This document shows, piece after piece, positions 28,477 to 38,794 of a stretch of 64,000 nt of DNA (positions are counted from its first letter, which is position 1; the number at the start of each line of letters is the position of its first letter). The notes beneath the pieces were generated by a model that worked only from the letters and a program-made list of their open reading frames with translations, did not search any database and had not been told where the DNA came from. Source of the stretch: Candidatus Woesearchaeota archaeon (GTDB taxonomy: Archaea > Nanobdellota > Nanobdellia > Woesearchaeales > UBA10216); the NCBI GenBank assembly GCA_002688315.1, contig NZCN01000002.1, positions 38,979 through 102,978 on the forward strand, given 5' to 3'. Both the position numbers and the translations under genes were made by a program.

Positions 28477-29571
28477 ATGAAATCGCTTCCTGTTGCAGAG
28501 CCGGATTTGCGAGGCAATGAATCTAAATACGTAATGGAATGTCTTGAGAGCACTTGGATTTCCAGCTTAGGTAAGTACATCTCTGCTTTTGAGGAAAAGT
28601 TCAGCAGTTACTGCAGTGTTAAATATGGTGTCTCAACTTATAATGGAACAGTTGCATTACAGCTTGCTTTGGCTGCTTTGAACATAAAAGAGGGTGATGA
28701 GGTTATAGTTCCTGCCCTTACTTTTATAGCTACTGCAAACGCAGTTACTTACTTAGGCGCAAAACCTGTTTTTGTTGATGCTGACAGAAAGACATGGAAC
28801 ATGGATGTAAATAAGATTAAGGAAAAAATCACAGACAAAACTAAAGCAATAATTCCTGTTCATTTGTACGGTCATCCATGTGATATGGATCCGATTCTTG
28901 AATTAGCTCAACAGTATAATCTTTATGTTATTGAGGATGTTGCAGAAGCTCACGGAGCCGAGTATAAAGGAAAAAAGTTAGGCAGTTTAGGAACAATTGG
29001 CTGTTTCAGTTTTTACGGAAATAAAATAATCACAACAGGTGAAGGCGGAATGTGCGTTACAAATGATGAAAAGCTTGCTGAACGCATGCGTTTCCTGAAA
29101 GACCATGGCATGACTGAGCAATATTACCATCCTGAGATTGGATTTAATTTTCGCATGACAAACTTACAAGCTGCTATTGGTGTTGCGCAGTTAGAAAGAA
29201 TTAACGAGCTTATTGCAACTAAAATAAAGCATGCTAAGCTTTACAAGGAGCTGCTTAGCTCTGTGAAAGGCATTACTTTTCAGCCTGAAGAAAGCTATGC
29301 GAAAAGTGTTTTTTGGCTTCACTCAATCCTTATAGAAGATGATTTTAGATGCAACCGCGATGCTTTAATGAAAGAGCTGAAAGACGCTGGCATTGATTCA
29401 AGGCCTTTTTTCATTCCAATGAATGAGCTTCCTCCTTACAGGCAGGAAGGCTTTCCTGTAGCTTCAGAGCTTTCCAGGAAAGGCATGAATCTTCCAAGCT
29501 CAACCCTTCTTACTGATGAGGATATAAAGCGGGTTTGTTCTGTGATTGCTGGCAATCCCAAAACTTTATAA
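28477..29571 (+). CDS. DegT/DnrJ/EryC1/StrS-family PLP-dependent sugar aminotransferase
   Basis: 'FSFYGNKIITTGEGGMCVTND' (PLP Lys block) and 'VIVPALTFIATANAV'. 364 aa. Confidence 0.85.
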   Translation: MKSLPVAEPDLRGNESKYVMECLESTWISSLGKYISAFEEKFSSYCSVKYGVSTYNGTVALQLALAALNIKEGDEVIVPALTFIATANAVTYLGAKPVFVDADRKTWNMDVNKIKEKITDKTKAIIPVHLYGHPCDMDPILELAQQYNLYVIEDVAEAHGAEYKGKKLGSLGTIGCFSFYGNKIITTGEGGMCVTNDEKLAERMRFLKDHGMTEQYYHPEIGFNFRMTNLQAAIGVAQLERINELIATKIKHAKLYKELLSSVKGITFQPEESYAKSVFWLHSILIEDDFRCNRDALMKELKDAGIDSRPFFIPMNELPPYRQEGFPVASELSRKGMNLPSSTLLTDEDIKRVCSVIAGNPKTL

Positions 29572-30073
29572 ACCTCTCTTTTACTTTTCTTCTAAAATGA
29601 TTAAGCAGGCTTTAGCGCACCAGGAGCGTCTTACTGGCGACCCCCTTATGGCTACTATTAAGCGCTATTTTATTTTTATTACAGGCGGTTTTGTTGGGTG
29701 GCTGATTATTATTGGTATGCAGGCAGTTTTTCTTGCTTCGCTTGGTGAAATATTTTCGTATTGGGTTGGTTTGTTATTCGCAGATATTTTCACTTTTGTC
29801 TATCATAGGCTTATAACTTTTAAAATAAAATCTAATTGGAAAATACGGTTCGTGAAGTTTGTTATAATTGTAACTGCAATTACATTAGCTAACGGAGCCT
29901 TTTTCTCCCTGACTGCAGCAAGCTTTGATTTAGCAAAGCTTAATTTAAGCATTATTTTCTTAGAGCAAACTTTAATGATTCCTGGAAGAATAATCGCAAG
30001 CTTTTTCATAACTTTTGTGCTTTCTGTAATTAATTTTGGCATCAACCGAATATTTATATTCAGGCATCATTGA
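29546..30073 (+). CDS. GtrA-family small membrane protein (likely start ~29597, MIKQALAH)
   Basis: ~4 TM helices, 'RYFIFITGGFVGWLIIIGMQAVFL' and C-terminal 'INFGINRIFIFRHH', as in GtrA-like proteins. Confidence 0.5.
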   Translation: MLAIPKLYKPLFYFSSKMIKQALAHQERLTGDPLMATIKRYFIFITGGFVGWLIIIGMQAVFLASLGEIFSYWVGLLFADIFTFVYHRLITFKIKSNWKIRFVKFVIIVTAITLANGAFFSLTAASFDLAKLNLSIIFLEQTLMIPGRIIASFFITFVLSVINFGINRIFIFRHH

Positions 30074-30114
30074 CCACAATAACTTTTATATAATCTCCAT
30101 CTACTCTTAAATTC

Positions 30115-31752
30115 ATGAATAAAATAGACATTGCAGCTTTGGTTGTTCTTTTCATAGTTGCTTTTTCCTTGTGGACTTTGCCTTTGCAGAATGATCCCAG
30201 GCCTTTTGGTGAGGGTGATGCTGCCTGGCACTTTTCTATTGGCGATTACATTGCATCTTCTGATGAGCCTATCTGGAGGCTTCCTTTTTATATAGGGCTG
30301 TGGTATTACAGCTATAACTCTATCCTTGGCCCGTTTGCTCCTGAGTATCCTCCTCCAAACCATTACAATTATGCTTTGATGCAGGTTGCTGGTGGTGAGC
30401 GCTTTGTTCCTGTGATTATGTACCGCGCTATCGCAAGTTTTCTGGGAATTTTTGCAGTTTACTTTCTTGTTTCAAAGTTGTTTGGAACTTATGCTGCTAT
30501 TATTGCTTCTTCCAGCCTTGTTTTTTCAATTAGGGAGCAGATGATTTATCTTTGGGGCCAGCAGCCAACTCTTATATCTGTGGTTATTGCTCCTGTTACT
30601 TTTTATGCTTTTTACCGCTACCTTGATTCTTATTACAAAAACAACTCAAAACCAGTTTATCTTTATGTTACTGCTTTCCTTCTGGGTTCTCAGTATCTTT
30701 TGCACATTCAAGGCTTTGCGCTTTCTGTCCTTGTTTTATCACCTTTTACTGTTTTGATGTTTGTTAAGCACAGAAAGCTTCCGTTTATCAAAGAAAGCAA
30801 AAAACATCTTGCTGCTATCACTGCTATTGTGTTGATAATATTCCTTCCGTTTATTACAATTTATTTAGGAGCTCCTGATATTGGAGGTTCTACTCCTGAT
30901 TATAGCAGGGTTTTCAAATGGGGTATTGACCCTGGTATTATTGCAGCAAGTTACCCTTCTATGTATACGTTAGGCAAATATTCTTTTTTTGTTCTACCTT
31001 TGTTGTTGCTAGGAGCCTTGTTTGCATTATTAAGGCGCAGAAATAAAGACTTGCTAATGCTTGCATGGATCGCTGGACTTTATCTTGTTCTGCATGTTGA
31101 CCTTTACCTTGGTGTTAGCCAGGAAAGATCTGCTCGCCTGCTTATTTCAGAAGCTGCTTTGTTTTATTCCTTAATGGCTGTTGGAATAATTTCATTGCTA
31201 TCTTTTGCTCTTTCCTTTGTTAAACTGCCTTCCAATGCAAAAACCATTGCAAAGATTGGTGTTACAGCAATTTTTGTATTGATAATATTTAATGGAAACA
31301 ATGTAGATGTTTCTAAAGATACTTTATCTGCGTCATACCAAAGCCTTTTCCGTATAACTCCTGTTCAATCTGAGTTTGCTGACTGGCTGTATGAAAACAT
31401 TCCTGAAAATGCTTATCTTCATTATATTCCCGGAGGCAACGAATACAAGCTTGGCTCTTGGCAGTATCAAAAGCTTAGGTGGATTCTTGCTTCTTCCCAA
31501 AGGCACGTTGCTAGTGGTTTTTCAGGCAAATTTTCTTCCAATCCATACCTTGAAGATGATTCTTTTTATTTTATCTTTGATTATTCTGATTTAGTGCTGC
31601 TTGCATCAGCTCCTAATCAGATGCAGGAGATGGCTCGGCAAAGCGCTCAGGCTTTGCAACAATACGAGCTTGACCATTTTAATATTTCAGACGCGTTATA
31701 CAATAAAAACAATATAAGGGTGTATTCAGTTGAAACTGAAAATTTCCAATAA
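30115..31752 (+). CDS. GT-C fold polytopic membrane glycosyltransferase (PMT_2/ArnT-like)
   Basis: 545 aa, ~12 TM helices, loop-1 acidic residues 'GEGDAAWHFSIGDYIASSDEP'. Confidence 0.5.
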   Translation: MNKIDIAALVVLFIVAFSLWTLPLQNDPRPFGEGDAAWHFSIGDYIASSDEPIWRLPFYIGLWYYSYNSILGPFAPEYPPPNHYNYALMQVAGGERFVPVIMYRAIASFLGIFAVYFLVSKLFGTYAAIIASSSLVFSIREQMIYLWGQQPTLISVVIAPVTFYAFYRYLDSYYKNNSKPVYLYVTAFLLGSQYLLHIQGFALSVLVLSPFTVLMFVKHRKLPFIKESKKHLAAITAIVLIIFLPFITIYLGAPDIGGSTPDYSRVFKWGIDPGIIAASYPSMYTLGKYSFFVLPLLLLGALFALLRRRNKDLLMLAWIAGLYLVLHVDLYLGVSQERSARLLISEAALFYSLMAVGIISLLSFALSFVKLPSNAKTIAKIGVTAIFVLIIFNGNNVDVSKDTLSASYQSLFRITPVQSEFADWLYENIPENAYLHYIPGGNEYKLGSWQYQKLRWILASSQRHVASGFSGKFSSNPYLEDDSFYFIFDYSDLVLLASAPNQMQEMARQSAQALQQYELDHFNISDALYNKNNIRVYSVETENFQ

Positions 31753-32059
31753 GCATTTTGCAATAGCAGGACTTGCAGTTGTTTTAGCTACAGCCTTTTA
31801 CCATTTCCAGCTGACTGGCTTAAGAACTCTTGCAGCTATGGCTATTTTCTTTTCACTTCCATTTTATCTTATTCTCGGAAGGTTTAATATTGAAAACGAT
31901 GAAAGAATATTTTTCTCATTTTTCATTGGCCTTGGCTTGTTTTCAACAACTGTTTTCTATGTTGGACGAGTAGTTCCGTCTTACAGGCTTTCAATAGCAG
32001 CAGCTTTTATCGTATTGCTGCTGGTTTTTGTTTTTTTGAAGCGGATTAAAAAGAATTAA
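31730..32059 (+). CDS. Small membrane protein (109 aa, 3 TM)
   Basis: Hydrophobic ORF overlapping the upstream gene end by ~20 nt. Confidence 0.3.
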   Translation: MKLKISNKHFAIAGLAVVLATAFYHFQLTGLRTLAAMAIFFSLPFYLILGRFNIENDERIFFSFFIGLGLFSTTVFYVGRVVPSYRLSIAAAFIVLLLVFVFLKRIKKN

Positions 32060-32409
32060 GCTACTTTTTTCTTTTTCATTATAACAGCAGAAATTATTAG
32101 CATTGCTGCAGGCAGCACTATCCCATGATATTTTACTTGCAAGCCAATCAAGCCAAGGTAATAGCTTGCAATTGATACAACTGCTGCAGCAGCAGCTGTT
32201 CCGATTACAATTCTTTCTGCAAAGTCTAGTTTTTCTTTCCAGTAATAAAGCATTGCGTATCCTGGCAGTGCAAACATCCAGAAAAGAGCAAGTGCTGTTC
32301 TTGTTGTGCTGATTAAGTCTTGCTTGTAGAACACTATTTTCATGACTACTGCTAACACTACAAGCATTAATGACAGCTTTATGATTTCGCTCTTAAGCGC
32401 TTTGTCCAA
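32056..32409 (-). CDS. Small membrane protein (117 aa, 4 TM; GtrA/DUF2304-like size class)
   Basis: Hydrophobic ORF, immediately downstream of the GT-C gene 32393..34177 on the same strand (16-nt overlap). Confidence 0.3.
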   Translation of the reverse strand: MDKALKSEIIKLSLMLVVLAVVMKIVFYKQDLISTTRTALALFWMFALPGYAMLYYWKEKLDFAERIVIGTAAAAAVVSIASYYLGLIGLQVKYHGIVLPAAMLIISAVIMKKKKVA

Positions 32410-34177
32410 TGCAATCTCCTCCTGGGTTTGTGTTCTTTACAATGCTTGTTGCCTGGTTGCTGAATACTTCTTCCATTCCGTTTTGCACAAAAGTTTGTTT
32501 AATCAAGTTGTTATACTGTATGAAAGGAACTAGTTGCTGTATTGAAGTTCCTTTGTCAAAAACATAGTACTCAAATCTGCATATGTCAAAGTCTGGCTTT
32601 GCATAATCCGGGTCTTCAAGGTGGTGTCCAAAGCTCAGAAGCCCTGTTCTGTATGGAAGCCCTGTTCCATAATCTATGTTTCTTGAGTGCTTGTACTCTC
32701 GTTTTATTGTTTGCTTGTTCAACCCGTCTGCATAGTCTTCCATTTGTATTAGGAAGTTTGACCTGCCGGAATTGTACAGAATTGAAGTTTGTTCGTATCC
32801 GTCTCCGTAAAAGAACATTACTTCAGAACCGTGCTCTGTGTTTTCCTGCAGCCACTTAAACATATCCCATCTTTCCTTGTACATTGAGCCAGATGTGGAA
32901 ACAGGGTCATAGTTCATTCCTAAAATAACAATTGTTAGAATAATTGTTATTCCCATTGTGTAAGCAGTGTTCCATTTCATTCCTCTGCTTTTTGCCAGCA
33001 TTATGAGCTTGTAAGCTGCAATTCCAAATAACGGCGCTAATGTTACCGGCCACATAAATCTTGTTTGGAATGCTCTTGCCCTGAATCCTACCAGGCCTGA
33101 AAAGCCTATTAAAAGCATGTAAGGAGCAAAGGTTTCCACAAAATCCGGTTTTCTTTTCCAGATTACGAAAAGAAATGCTATTGAAAATGCAGCAAATATT
33201 CCAACAACAACCACATCAGAAGTTAATTTTGGAGAAATATTGAAAAGCTTCATTATTGCAACGTAAAGTATTGCTGCAGCAAAGGCAATTATTGTTTTTC
33301 TGTAATAAATTCCTATAATTCCTGCTGCCATGAAAACTATTATCCAAAGCTGAAAGTCCTGAAAAATTTTTACGTTAGGAAAACTCCCGCTGGATTGCGC
33401 TACGTTAAAGCTGTATGCAAATCTCGGCCCCCATGAATAGCTGAATATTATCAGGTAATATACGCTTGCAATTGCTGTTATTATTCCTGCTCCTATTAAT
33501 GTTTTAATTCCACTCCAGTCTTTTTTCATTACAGAAAGCAAGAACGCTATTCCGGTTAGTCCTACTACAAATATTAGTTCAGAAGTGTGTGTTAGCGCAA
33601 CAGAACTAACAAACAAAGCAATTAGCCATATTGACTTTGGCCATTTTAGTTTTGTCAATGCCCAGAACGAACCTAGTAAGAAAACTGTTCCAAAAGCAAA
33701 AGGCCATTGGCCTAAAAGTATTCCTGCATAGAATGTTTTTGCAAATGTTAAAGTTGTTATTGGAAGCGCTAGCAATGCCACGTGCTTGTTATAGCCTTTT
33801 AATCCGTAATACATTACAAGCGCTGCCATTACTGAAAAAAAGTATACAAGAAAATATAATGAATCATAGCTTTCAAGACCGCTTACGTGCGAGAAAACTC
33901 CTACTAATTGAAAAGAGCCTGGCATGTAGTAGCCAACAACGTCTTCATAGCCTCCAACGATTTCAGGCGCTTCATTTGCATAACCATTATTTTTAACCCA
34001 TTCTGCCCTTACTTGGTGCTGGTAAGCGTCTGCTGCAGAATATCCATAAGGAAAATCATGCTTTAATGTATGGCCCCAGAACGTGCCTATGCCTATCCAC
34101 AGCATTAAAACAAAGAATGCCAGCAATAACACTTTCTCAATGTCAAGCTTCATCTGTAAATGGCACGAGCATGACAT
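32393..34177 (-). CDS. GT-C fold polytopic membrane glycosyltransferase (PMT_2/ArnT-like)
   Basis: 594 aa, multi-TM N-terminal domain with 'KLKWPKSIWLIALFVSSVALTHTSEL' and a C-terminal soluble domain. Confidence 0.5.
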   Translation of the reverse strand: MSCSCHLQMKLDIEKVLLLAFFVLMLWIGIGTFWGHTLKHDFPYGYSAADAYQHQVRAEWVKNNGYANEAPEIVGGYEDVVGYYMPGSFQLVGVFSHVSGLESYDSLYFLVYFFSVMAALVMYYGLKGYNKHVALLALPITTLTFAKTFYAGILLGQWPFAFGTVFLLGSFWALTKLKWPKSIWLIALFVSSVALTHTSELIFVVGLTGIAFLLSVMKKDWSGIKTLIGAGIITAIASVYYLIIFSYSWGPRFAYSFNVAQSSGSFPNVKIFQDFQLWIIVFMAAGIIGIYYRKTIIAFAAAILYVAIMKLFNISPKLTSDVVVVGIFAAFSIAFLFVIWKRKPDFVETFAPYMLLIGFSGLVGFRARAFQTRFMWPVTLAPLFGIAAYKLIMLAKSRGMKWNTAYTMGITIILTIVILGMNYDPVSTSGSMYKERWDMFKWLQENTEHGSEVMFFYGDGYEQTSILYNSGRSNFLIQMEDYADGLNKQTIKREYKHSRNIDYGTGLPYRTGLLSFGHHLEDPDYAKPDFDICRFEYYVFDKGTSIQQLVPFIQYNNLIKQTFVQNGMEEVFSNQATSIVKNTNPGGDCIGQSA

Positions 34178-34231
34178 TTAAAAAATTATTCATAGAAAGC
34201 TTTTTAAATCTTGATTTAAGCACGTTTTAAT

Positions 34232-35164
34232 ATGTTCTGGGATGATAAAAATGTGCTCGTAACCGGCGGGCATGGTTTTTTAGGCAAGCAACTTATTGAT
34301 TTGCTTAAAGAAAAAAACCCTAAAAAATTGTTTGTACCTTCTCATGAAGAGCTTGACTTGACAAAGTTAGAAAACTGCAAGAAAGCAGTTGAAGGAATGG
34401 ATATTGTCATTCATTTGGCTGGAAAAGTAGGCGGTATTGGCTTTAATCAGGGAAAGCCTGCAGAAGTCTTCTATGATAACCTTGTTATGGGTGTTCAGTT
34501 AATGGAAGAAGCGCGTAAAGCTAATGTAAAAAAGTTTGTTGCCTTAGCTACTGTTTGCTCATATCCTAAAATCACACCAGCTCCGTTTAAGGAAGAAGAC
34601 TTATGGAACGGTTATCCAGAAGAAACAAATGCTCCTTACGGTTTGGCAAAGAAAATGCTAATTGTTCAGGCTCAGGCATATAGGCAGCAATACGACTACA
34701 GCGCTATCTCTCTTTTGCCAGCCAATCTTTACGGTCCTCGCGATAATTTTGATCTTAACAGTTCCCATGCTATTCCTGCAATTATCAGAAAAGTGCTTGA
34801 GGCAAAGAAAAAAGGAGAAAACAAAATTACCTTATGGGGAGATGGCTCTGCAACAAGAGACTTTTTGTATGTTAAAGATGCAGCTAATGGTATTCTTCTT
34901 GCAACTGAAAAATACGATAAGCCAGACCCTGTTAACATTGGAACAGGCAGAGAAATTTCTATTAAGGAACTAGCGGAGCTTATCTGCAAACTTTGTGATT
35001 TTAACGGAACAATAGAGTGGGATACCAGCAAGCCTAATGGCCAGATGAAGCGTCATCTTAATATTGAAAAAGCTAAAGCTGAGTTTGGCTTTCAGCCAGA
35101 AGTGCCGCTTGAAGAAGGGCTAAAAAATACAATTGACTGGTATAGAAATCAAAGTGGAATCTAA
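34232..35164 (+). CDS. fcl: GDP-L-fucose synthase (GDP-4-keto-6-deoxymannose 3,5-epimerase/4-reductase)
   Basis: 'VLVTGGHGFLGKQL', 'ANLYGPRDNFDLNSSHAIPAIIRK' and 'YGLAKKM' (YxxxK) are classic Fcl/GMER signatures. Confidence 0.8.
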   Translation: MFWDDKNVLVTGGHGFLGKQLIDLLKEKNPKKLFVPSHEELDLTKLENCKKAVEGMDIVIHLAGKVGGIGFNQGKPAEVFYDNLVMGVQLMEEARKANVKKFVALATVCSYPKITPAPFKEEDLWNGYPEETNAPYGLAKKMLIVQAQAYRQQYDYSAISLLPANLYGPRDNFDLNSSHAIPAIIRKVLEAKKKGENKITLWGDGSATRDFLYVKDAANGILLATEKYDKPDPVNIGTGREISIKELAELICKLCDFNGTIEWDTSKPNGQMKRHLNIEKAKAEFGFQPEVPLEEGLKNTIDWYRNQSGI

Positions 35165-36104
35165 TCAAAAATTCTTGGAAAGGAAAAACGTTTTAGTTAC
35201 AGGAGGCGCAGGCTTTATTGGCAGCCACCTTATTGAATCCATTCAGAGTGCAGGTTCAATTACAGTTGTTGATGATTTTTCTTCAGGCAGAAAAGAAAAC
35301 ATAGACACTTCTAAGATAAAACTTATTGAACAGGATGTAAACAGCTTTCCTGAAGACATCTTAAAAGATATTGATGTTGTTTTTCATCTTGCTGCGATTG
35401 CGTCAGTGCCTAAAAGCAATGAAGACCCGCTTACAGATTTTAAAGTAAACGCGCATGCAACCTTAAGGCTCCTCGAGCTTATAAGAAAAAATAAGGCTGA
35501 CATAACTTTCTTTTACCCATCTACTGCTCTTGTTCATGGCGAATCAAATCAGGAAAAAATATCTGAGGAAACAGATGTCAAACCGATTTCATTTTACGGC
35601 TTAAGCAAATATGCAGGAGAACATTACGTAAAGCTTTACTCAGATATTTATGGTCTGAAGACAAAGATTGCAAGATTCTTTAATGTTTACGGGCCTAGGC
35701 AGCATACTCATGTTATTTTTGACACTCTTCAGAAGATTGCAAGCAATCCTAAGCATTTAAGCATGCTTGGAACTGGCAAAGAAACCAGGGATTTTGTTTT
35801 TGTGAAAGATGTTGTTTCTGCTACTTTAGCTTTTCTTGATTCACCAAGCTCAGAGAAAATCATCAATGTAGGCAGTGGTGATGCAATACCTATCGAGCAA
35901 TTAGTTTCTTCTATTTTGCGCTTATGCAATATCACTGACTGTAAGGTTGATTTCAGCCAGAAATCATGGAAAGGCGATGTAATGAAATACAGGGCAGACA
36001 ATTCTAAGCTAAATGCTTTCTTTAAGCCAGCATACTCGCTTGATGAAGGCCTTAGAGAAACAATTCAATGGTTTGAGAATTCTTACCAAAAAATTACGCG
36101 TTAG
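35133..36104 (+). CDS. NAD-dependent nucleotide-sugar epimerase/dehydratase (SDR family)
   Basis: 'VLVTGGAGFIGSHLIE' and 'YGLSKYAGEHY' (YxxxK). Overlaps the fcl 3' end. Confidence 0.75.
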   Translation: MTGIEIKVESNQKFLERKNVLVTGGAGFIGSHLIESIQSAGSITVVDDFSSGRKENIDTSKIKLIEQDVNSFPEDILKDIDVVFHLAAIASVPKSNEDPLTDFKVNAHATLRLLELIRKNKADITFFYPSTALVHGESNQEKISEETDVKPISFYGLSKYAGEHYVKLYSDIYGLKTKIARFFNVYGPRQHTHVIFDTLQKIASNPKHLSMLGTGKETRDFVFVKDVVSATLAFLDSPSSEKIINVGSGDAIPIEQLVSSILRLCNITDCKVDFSQKSWKGDVMKYRADNSKLNAFFKPAYSLDEGLRETIQWFENSYQKITR

Positions 36105-36811
36105 TCTTTAAGAAGTTCTTTTCTCAATTTAAACAAGTCTCTTATTTGGCCTAAAACGATTGAAGGCAGCTTTAAGATTGGAAACATGCTTGTGCCTCCA
36201 TATTTTCTTGGCTTGTGCCTGATAGGAACTTCTAGTATGTTAAAGCCTTTGTAAAATGTTCTTATGTTAAATTCAGCTGTAAATCCGTATTTTAAATGCT
36301 TAATCTCTCCTATTACATCATCCACTACTTCTTTTCTCATTAACCTAAATCCGCTGTCCAGGTCATGATAAGGCATTTTAAACATAATGCGTATTATGAA
36401 GTTAAATCCTCCTGCTAAGAATTTTCTGTAAAAAGGGTCTTTTCTGTTAATTTTACGCCCGTAAATAACATCATAGTTTTTCATGTTTCTGTATAGTTTC
36501 CAAAAGTCTTGCGGAACATACTGTCCATCAGAGTCAGTAAAGAATATCCAAGGTGTTCTTGCAGCGCTATACGCATCAATGCAGGCTTGCTTAAACCCTT
36601 TCTTTTTGTCTCCCATGATTAGCCTCATTGGCATTTTTTTCTTCATTCTCAGAAGTATTTCTTTGGTTCCATCAGTGCTTCCATCTTCTGCAATCAAAAT
36701 CTCACAGGGAATTTTTTTGCAAATTTCGTTGTAATAAGAAGTTATAACATCCTCAATAATTCCTGCTTCGTTATGTGCAGTCATCACTATTGACAGTTTT
36801 GGTGTTTTCAT
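36101..36811 (-). CDS. GT2 glycosyltransferase
   Basis: 'LSIVMTAHNEAGII', 'IAEDGSTDGT' and 'FTDSDGQYVPQDF' (DxD). Confidence 0.7.
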   Translation of the reverse strand: MKTPKLSIVMTAHNEAGIIEDVITSYYNEICKKIPCEILIAEDGSTDGTKEILLRMKKKMPMRLIMGDKKKGFKQACIDAYSAARTPWIFFTDSDGQYVPQDFWKLYRNMKNYDVIYGRKINRKDPFYRKFLAGGFNFIIRIMFKMPYHDLDSGFRLMRKEVVDDVIGEIKHLKYGFTAEFNIRTFYKGFNILEVPIRHKPRKYGGTSMFPILKLPSIVLGQIRDLFKLRKELLKD

Positions 36812-36874
36812 GATTTCAGAGAGTCTTTAGCTTTTACTTATAAAGTTTCCTAAATCTTTATAAAATCAATTCTA

Positions 36875-38794
36875 GTGTCTGAAAGCAGTATGGGATTTGG
36901 TTTTATAGTGCTGTTTTACGCATTGCTTGCCTTATTTGGATTTTTATTTCTGAAGTTTTGGAAAAACCTAGATGATTTTGAACGTGCTGTTCTTTCATTT
37001 CCTTTTGGCAGCGCGCTTTACGCGATGACAGCATTTGTTTTGAGTGAATTTATAGGAATTAAACTAAATGTTTCTGTGCTTTCACTTTTACTTGCTGCAA
37101 TGCTAATCATAGTAATTGCATTTAATTTATTTCTAAAAAACTTAAAAATTCCAAGACCAAAGCTGCAGTTTAAGTTTTCTTTTGTTACAGTTTTATTAAC
37201 GCTTTTTATTATAGCAATGTCTTTGCATGCTTTGGCTGTTCCGATATATAAGCAGGACGCTTACATGTATCACCTTCCGTTTGCAGAAAAAATATACGAA
37301 ACAGGTCATTTGCCAGATATTAATCCTAGCGTAATTCGTTTTGAATACGCTTACCCTCCTTATCAGTATATGATGTATGCGTTTACCAGTTTCTTTAATG
37401 GTTCAATGACTGCTGTTCCTGCAAAAATTCTTCCATTAATATTCGGGCTTTTGTTGCTTGCTTTGCTTTACCGCACTACAAGAACTTTTGCTGACAGAGA
37501 AACATCTTTATTTGCTGTGCTGCTTTTCACAGCAGCTTATTATTATTCTAACATGATATTTTATTCAAATACAGACATAACTACTGCTTTTTATGTGGTA
37601 GCAGCCATTTACATTCTTCTGAAGATAGTAAAGCAGCCGCTTGCCCATAACTATTTGCTTTTTTCAATGCTTACTGCAATGGCATACTGGACTAAATATA
37701 CTGCAATTGCTCCATTGATTATAGCATGGGTTATTCTTGCAGCTTATTCTTTTGCATCACACAAGAAAAAGTTCCTGATTTCAGTTGCAGTGGTTTTACT
37801 CTTTATTTCTCCTTATTTTATTCGCAATATATTAGAAACTGGAAACCCGCTTTATCCTGGGTTAAGCTCATTGTTTGGTGGAAAAGGCTTATCTCCATGG
37901 TATGAAGCAAATATTTTATCATCTTACCTGCCAAAACCATTTTCCACTTTTAATCCAGTGTTTTTCTTTAAGTTAAGCTATCTTTTGCTTCCTTTAACTG
38001 CAGTGTCATTGTTCATGAGAAAGAAGCTCTCTCAAAGAATCTTGCTTATCTTTGCCATAAGCTATATCGCATTATGGTTTCTTTTTTTAAGAAATCCTGC
38101 AATGCCAAACACTTACAGATATCTTACACCAGCAATTATTTCCTTTTCTGCTGTTGCTGCTCCTGCATTTGTTTTGTTCCTAAAGCAAGAGCTTAATGCT
38201 AAAATGAAAAAAGTATTTTTCATAACATCTTCCTCCATAATAGCTTACTTGCTTTATCTAATATTAATCAGAAAAGATGTTGCAGAAAACATAGTGTTGA
38301 TTGCGGTTGTCTTTATTGCAATAGCATTTTCTTTAACAAAAATTAATTTAAAATTTGCTTCAGCTGCAATGCTGCTTGTTTTCCTTGCTCCTTCTGCATT
38401 AAGTCTCCATGTACAACCCTTAAATTTTTCAGAAGAGCTTTTTTCTGATGTAACTTACCAAAGCTCAGGAAAAATTCCCTTGTGGATAGATTCAAATCTG
38501 CCTGACGATGCTAAGATATTGTATTTTTTTGAATATCCTTACCTTGTTCCACGCACAATAATTCCAGCTGATGATCCTTCTGTTCAAAAAATGTATGTAA
38601 GTTCAAAAGAAGAAACTTACGAACTTTTGAAAGAGCTCGAGATAACGCACGTTTACTCTCTGGATGATGGCAAAGGAGCATTCAGGTTCTTTTCCAAGTC
38701 TGCTCCTAACATAAACCTTGCTGAACCAGAGTTCACACTTCTTTATAATGAGACATTTAAAGGGAAAATACGCGGCTTGTACAGGGTAAATTAA
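36875..38794 (+). CDS. GT-C fold membrane glycosyltransferase, PMT_2 (ArnT/PMT-like)
   Basis: 639 aa, 'AMAYWTKYTAIAPLIIAWVIL' (the TKYTA block typical of PMT_2) and a loop-1 'PIYKQDAYMYHLPFAEKIYETGHLPD'. Confidence 0.6.
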   Translation: MSESSMGFGFIVLFYALLALFGFLFLKFWKNLDDFERAVLSFPFGSALYAMTAFVLSEFIGIKLNVSVLSLLLAAMLIIVIAFNLFLKNLKIPRPKLQFKFSFVTVLLTLFIIAMSLHALAVPIYKQDAYMYHLPFAEKIYETGHLPDINPSVIRFEYAYPPYQYMMYAFTSFFNGSMTAVPAKILPLIFGLLLLALLYRTTRTFADRETSLFAVLLFTAAYYYSNMIFYSNTDITTAFYVVAAIYILLKIVKQPLAHNYLLFSMLTAMAYWTKYTAIAPLIIAWVILAAYSFASHKKKFLISVAVVLLFISPYFIRNILETGNPLYPGLSSLFGGKGLSPWYEANILSSYLPKPFSTFNPVFFFKLSYLLLPLTAVSLFMRKKLSQRILLIFAISYIALWFLFLRNPAMPNTYRYLTPAIISFSAVAAPAFVLFLKQELNAKMKKVFFITSSSIIAYLLYLILIRKDVAENIVLIAVVFIAIAFSLTKINLKFASAAMLLVFLAPSALSLHVQPLNFSEELFSDVTYQSSGKIPLWIDSNLPDDAKILYFFEYPYLVPRTIIPADDPSVQKMYVSSKEETYELLKELEITHVYSLDDGKGAFRFFSKSAPNINLAEPEFTLLYNETFKGKIRGLYRVN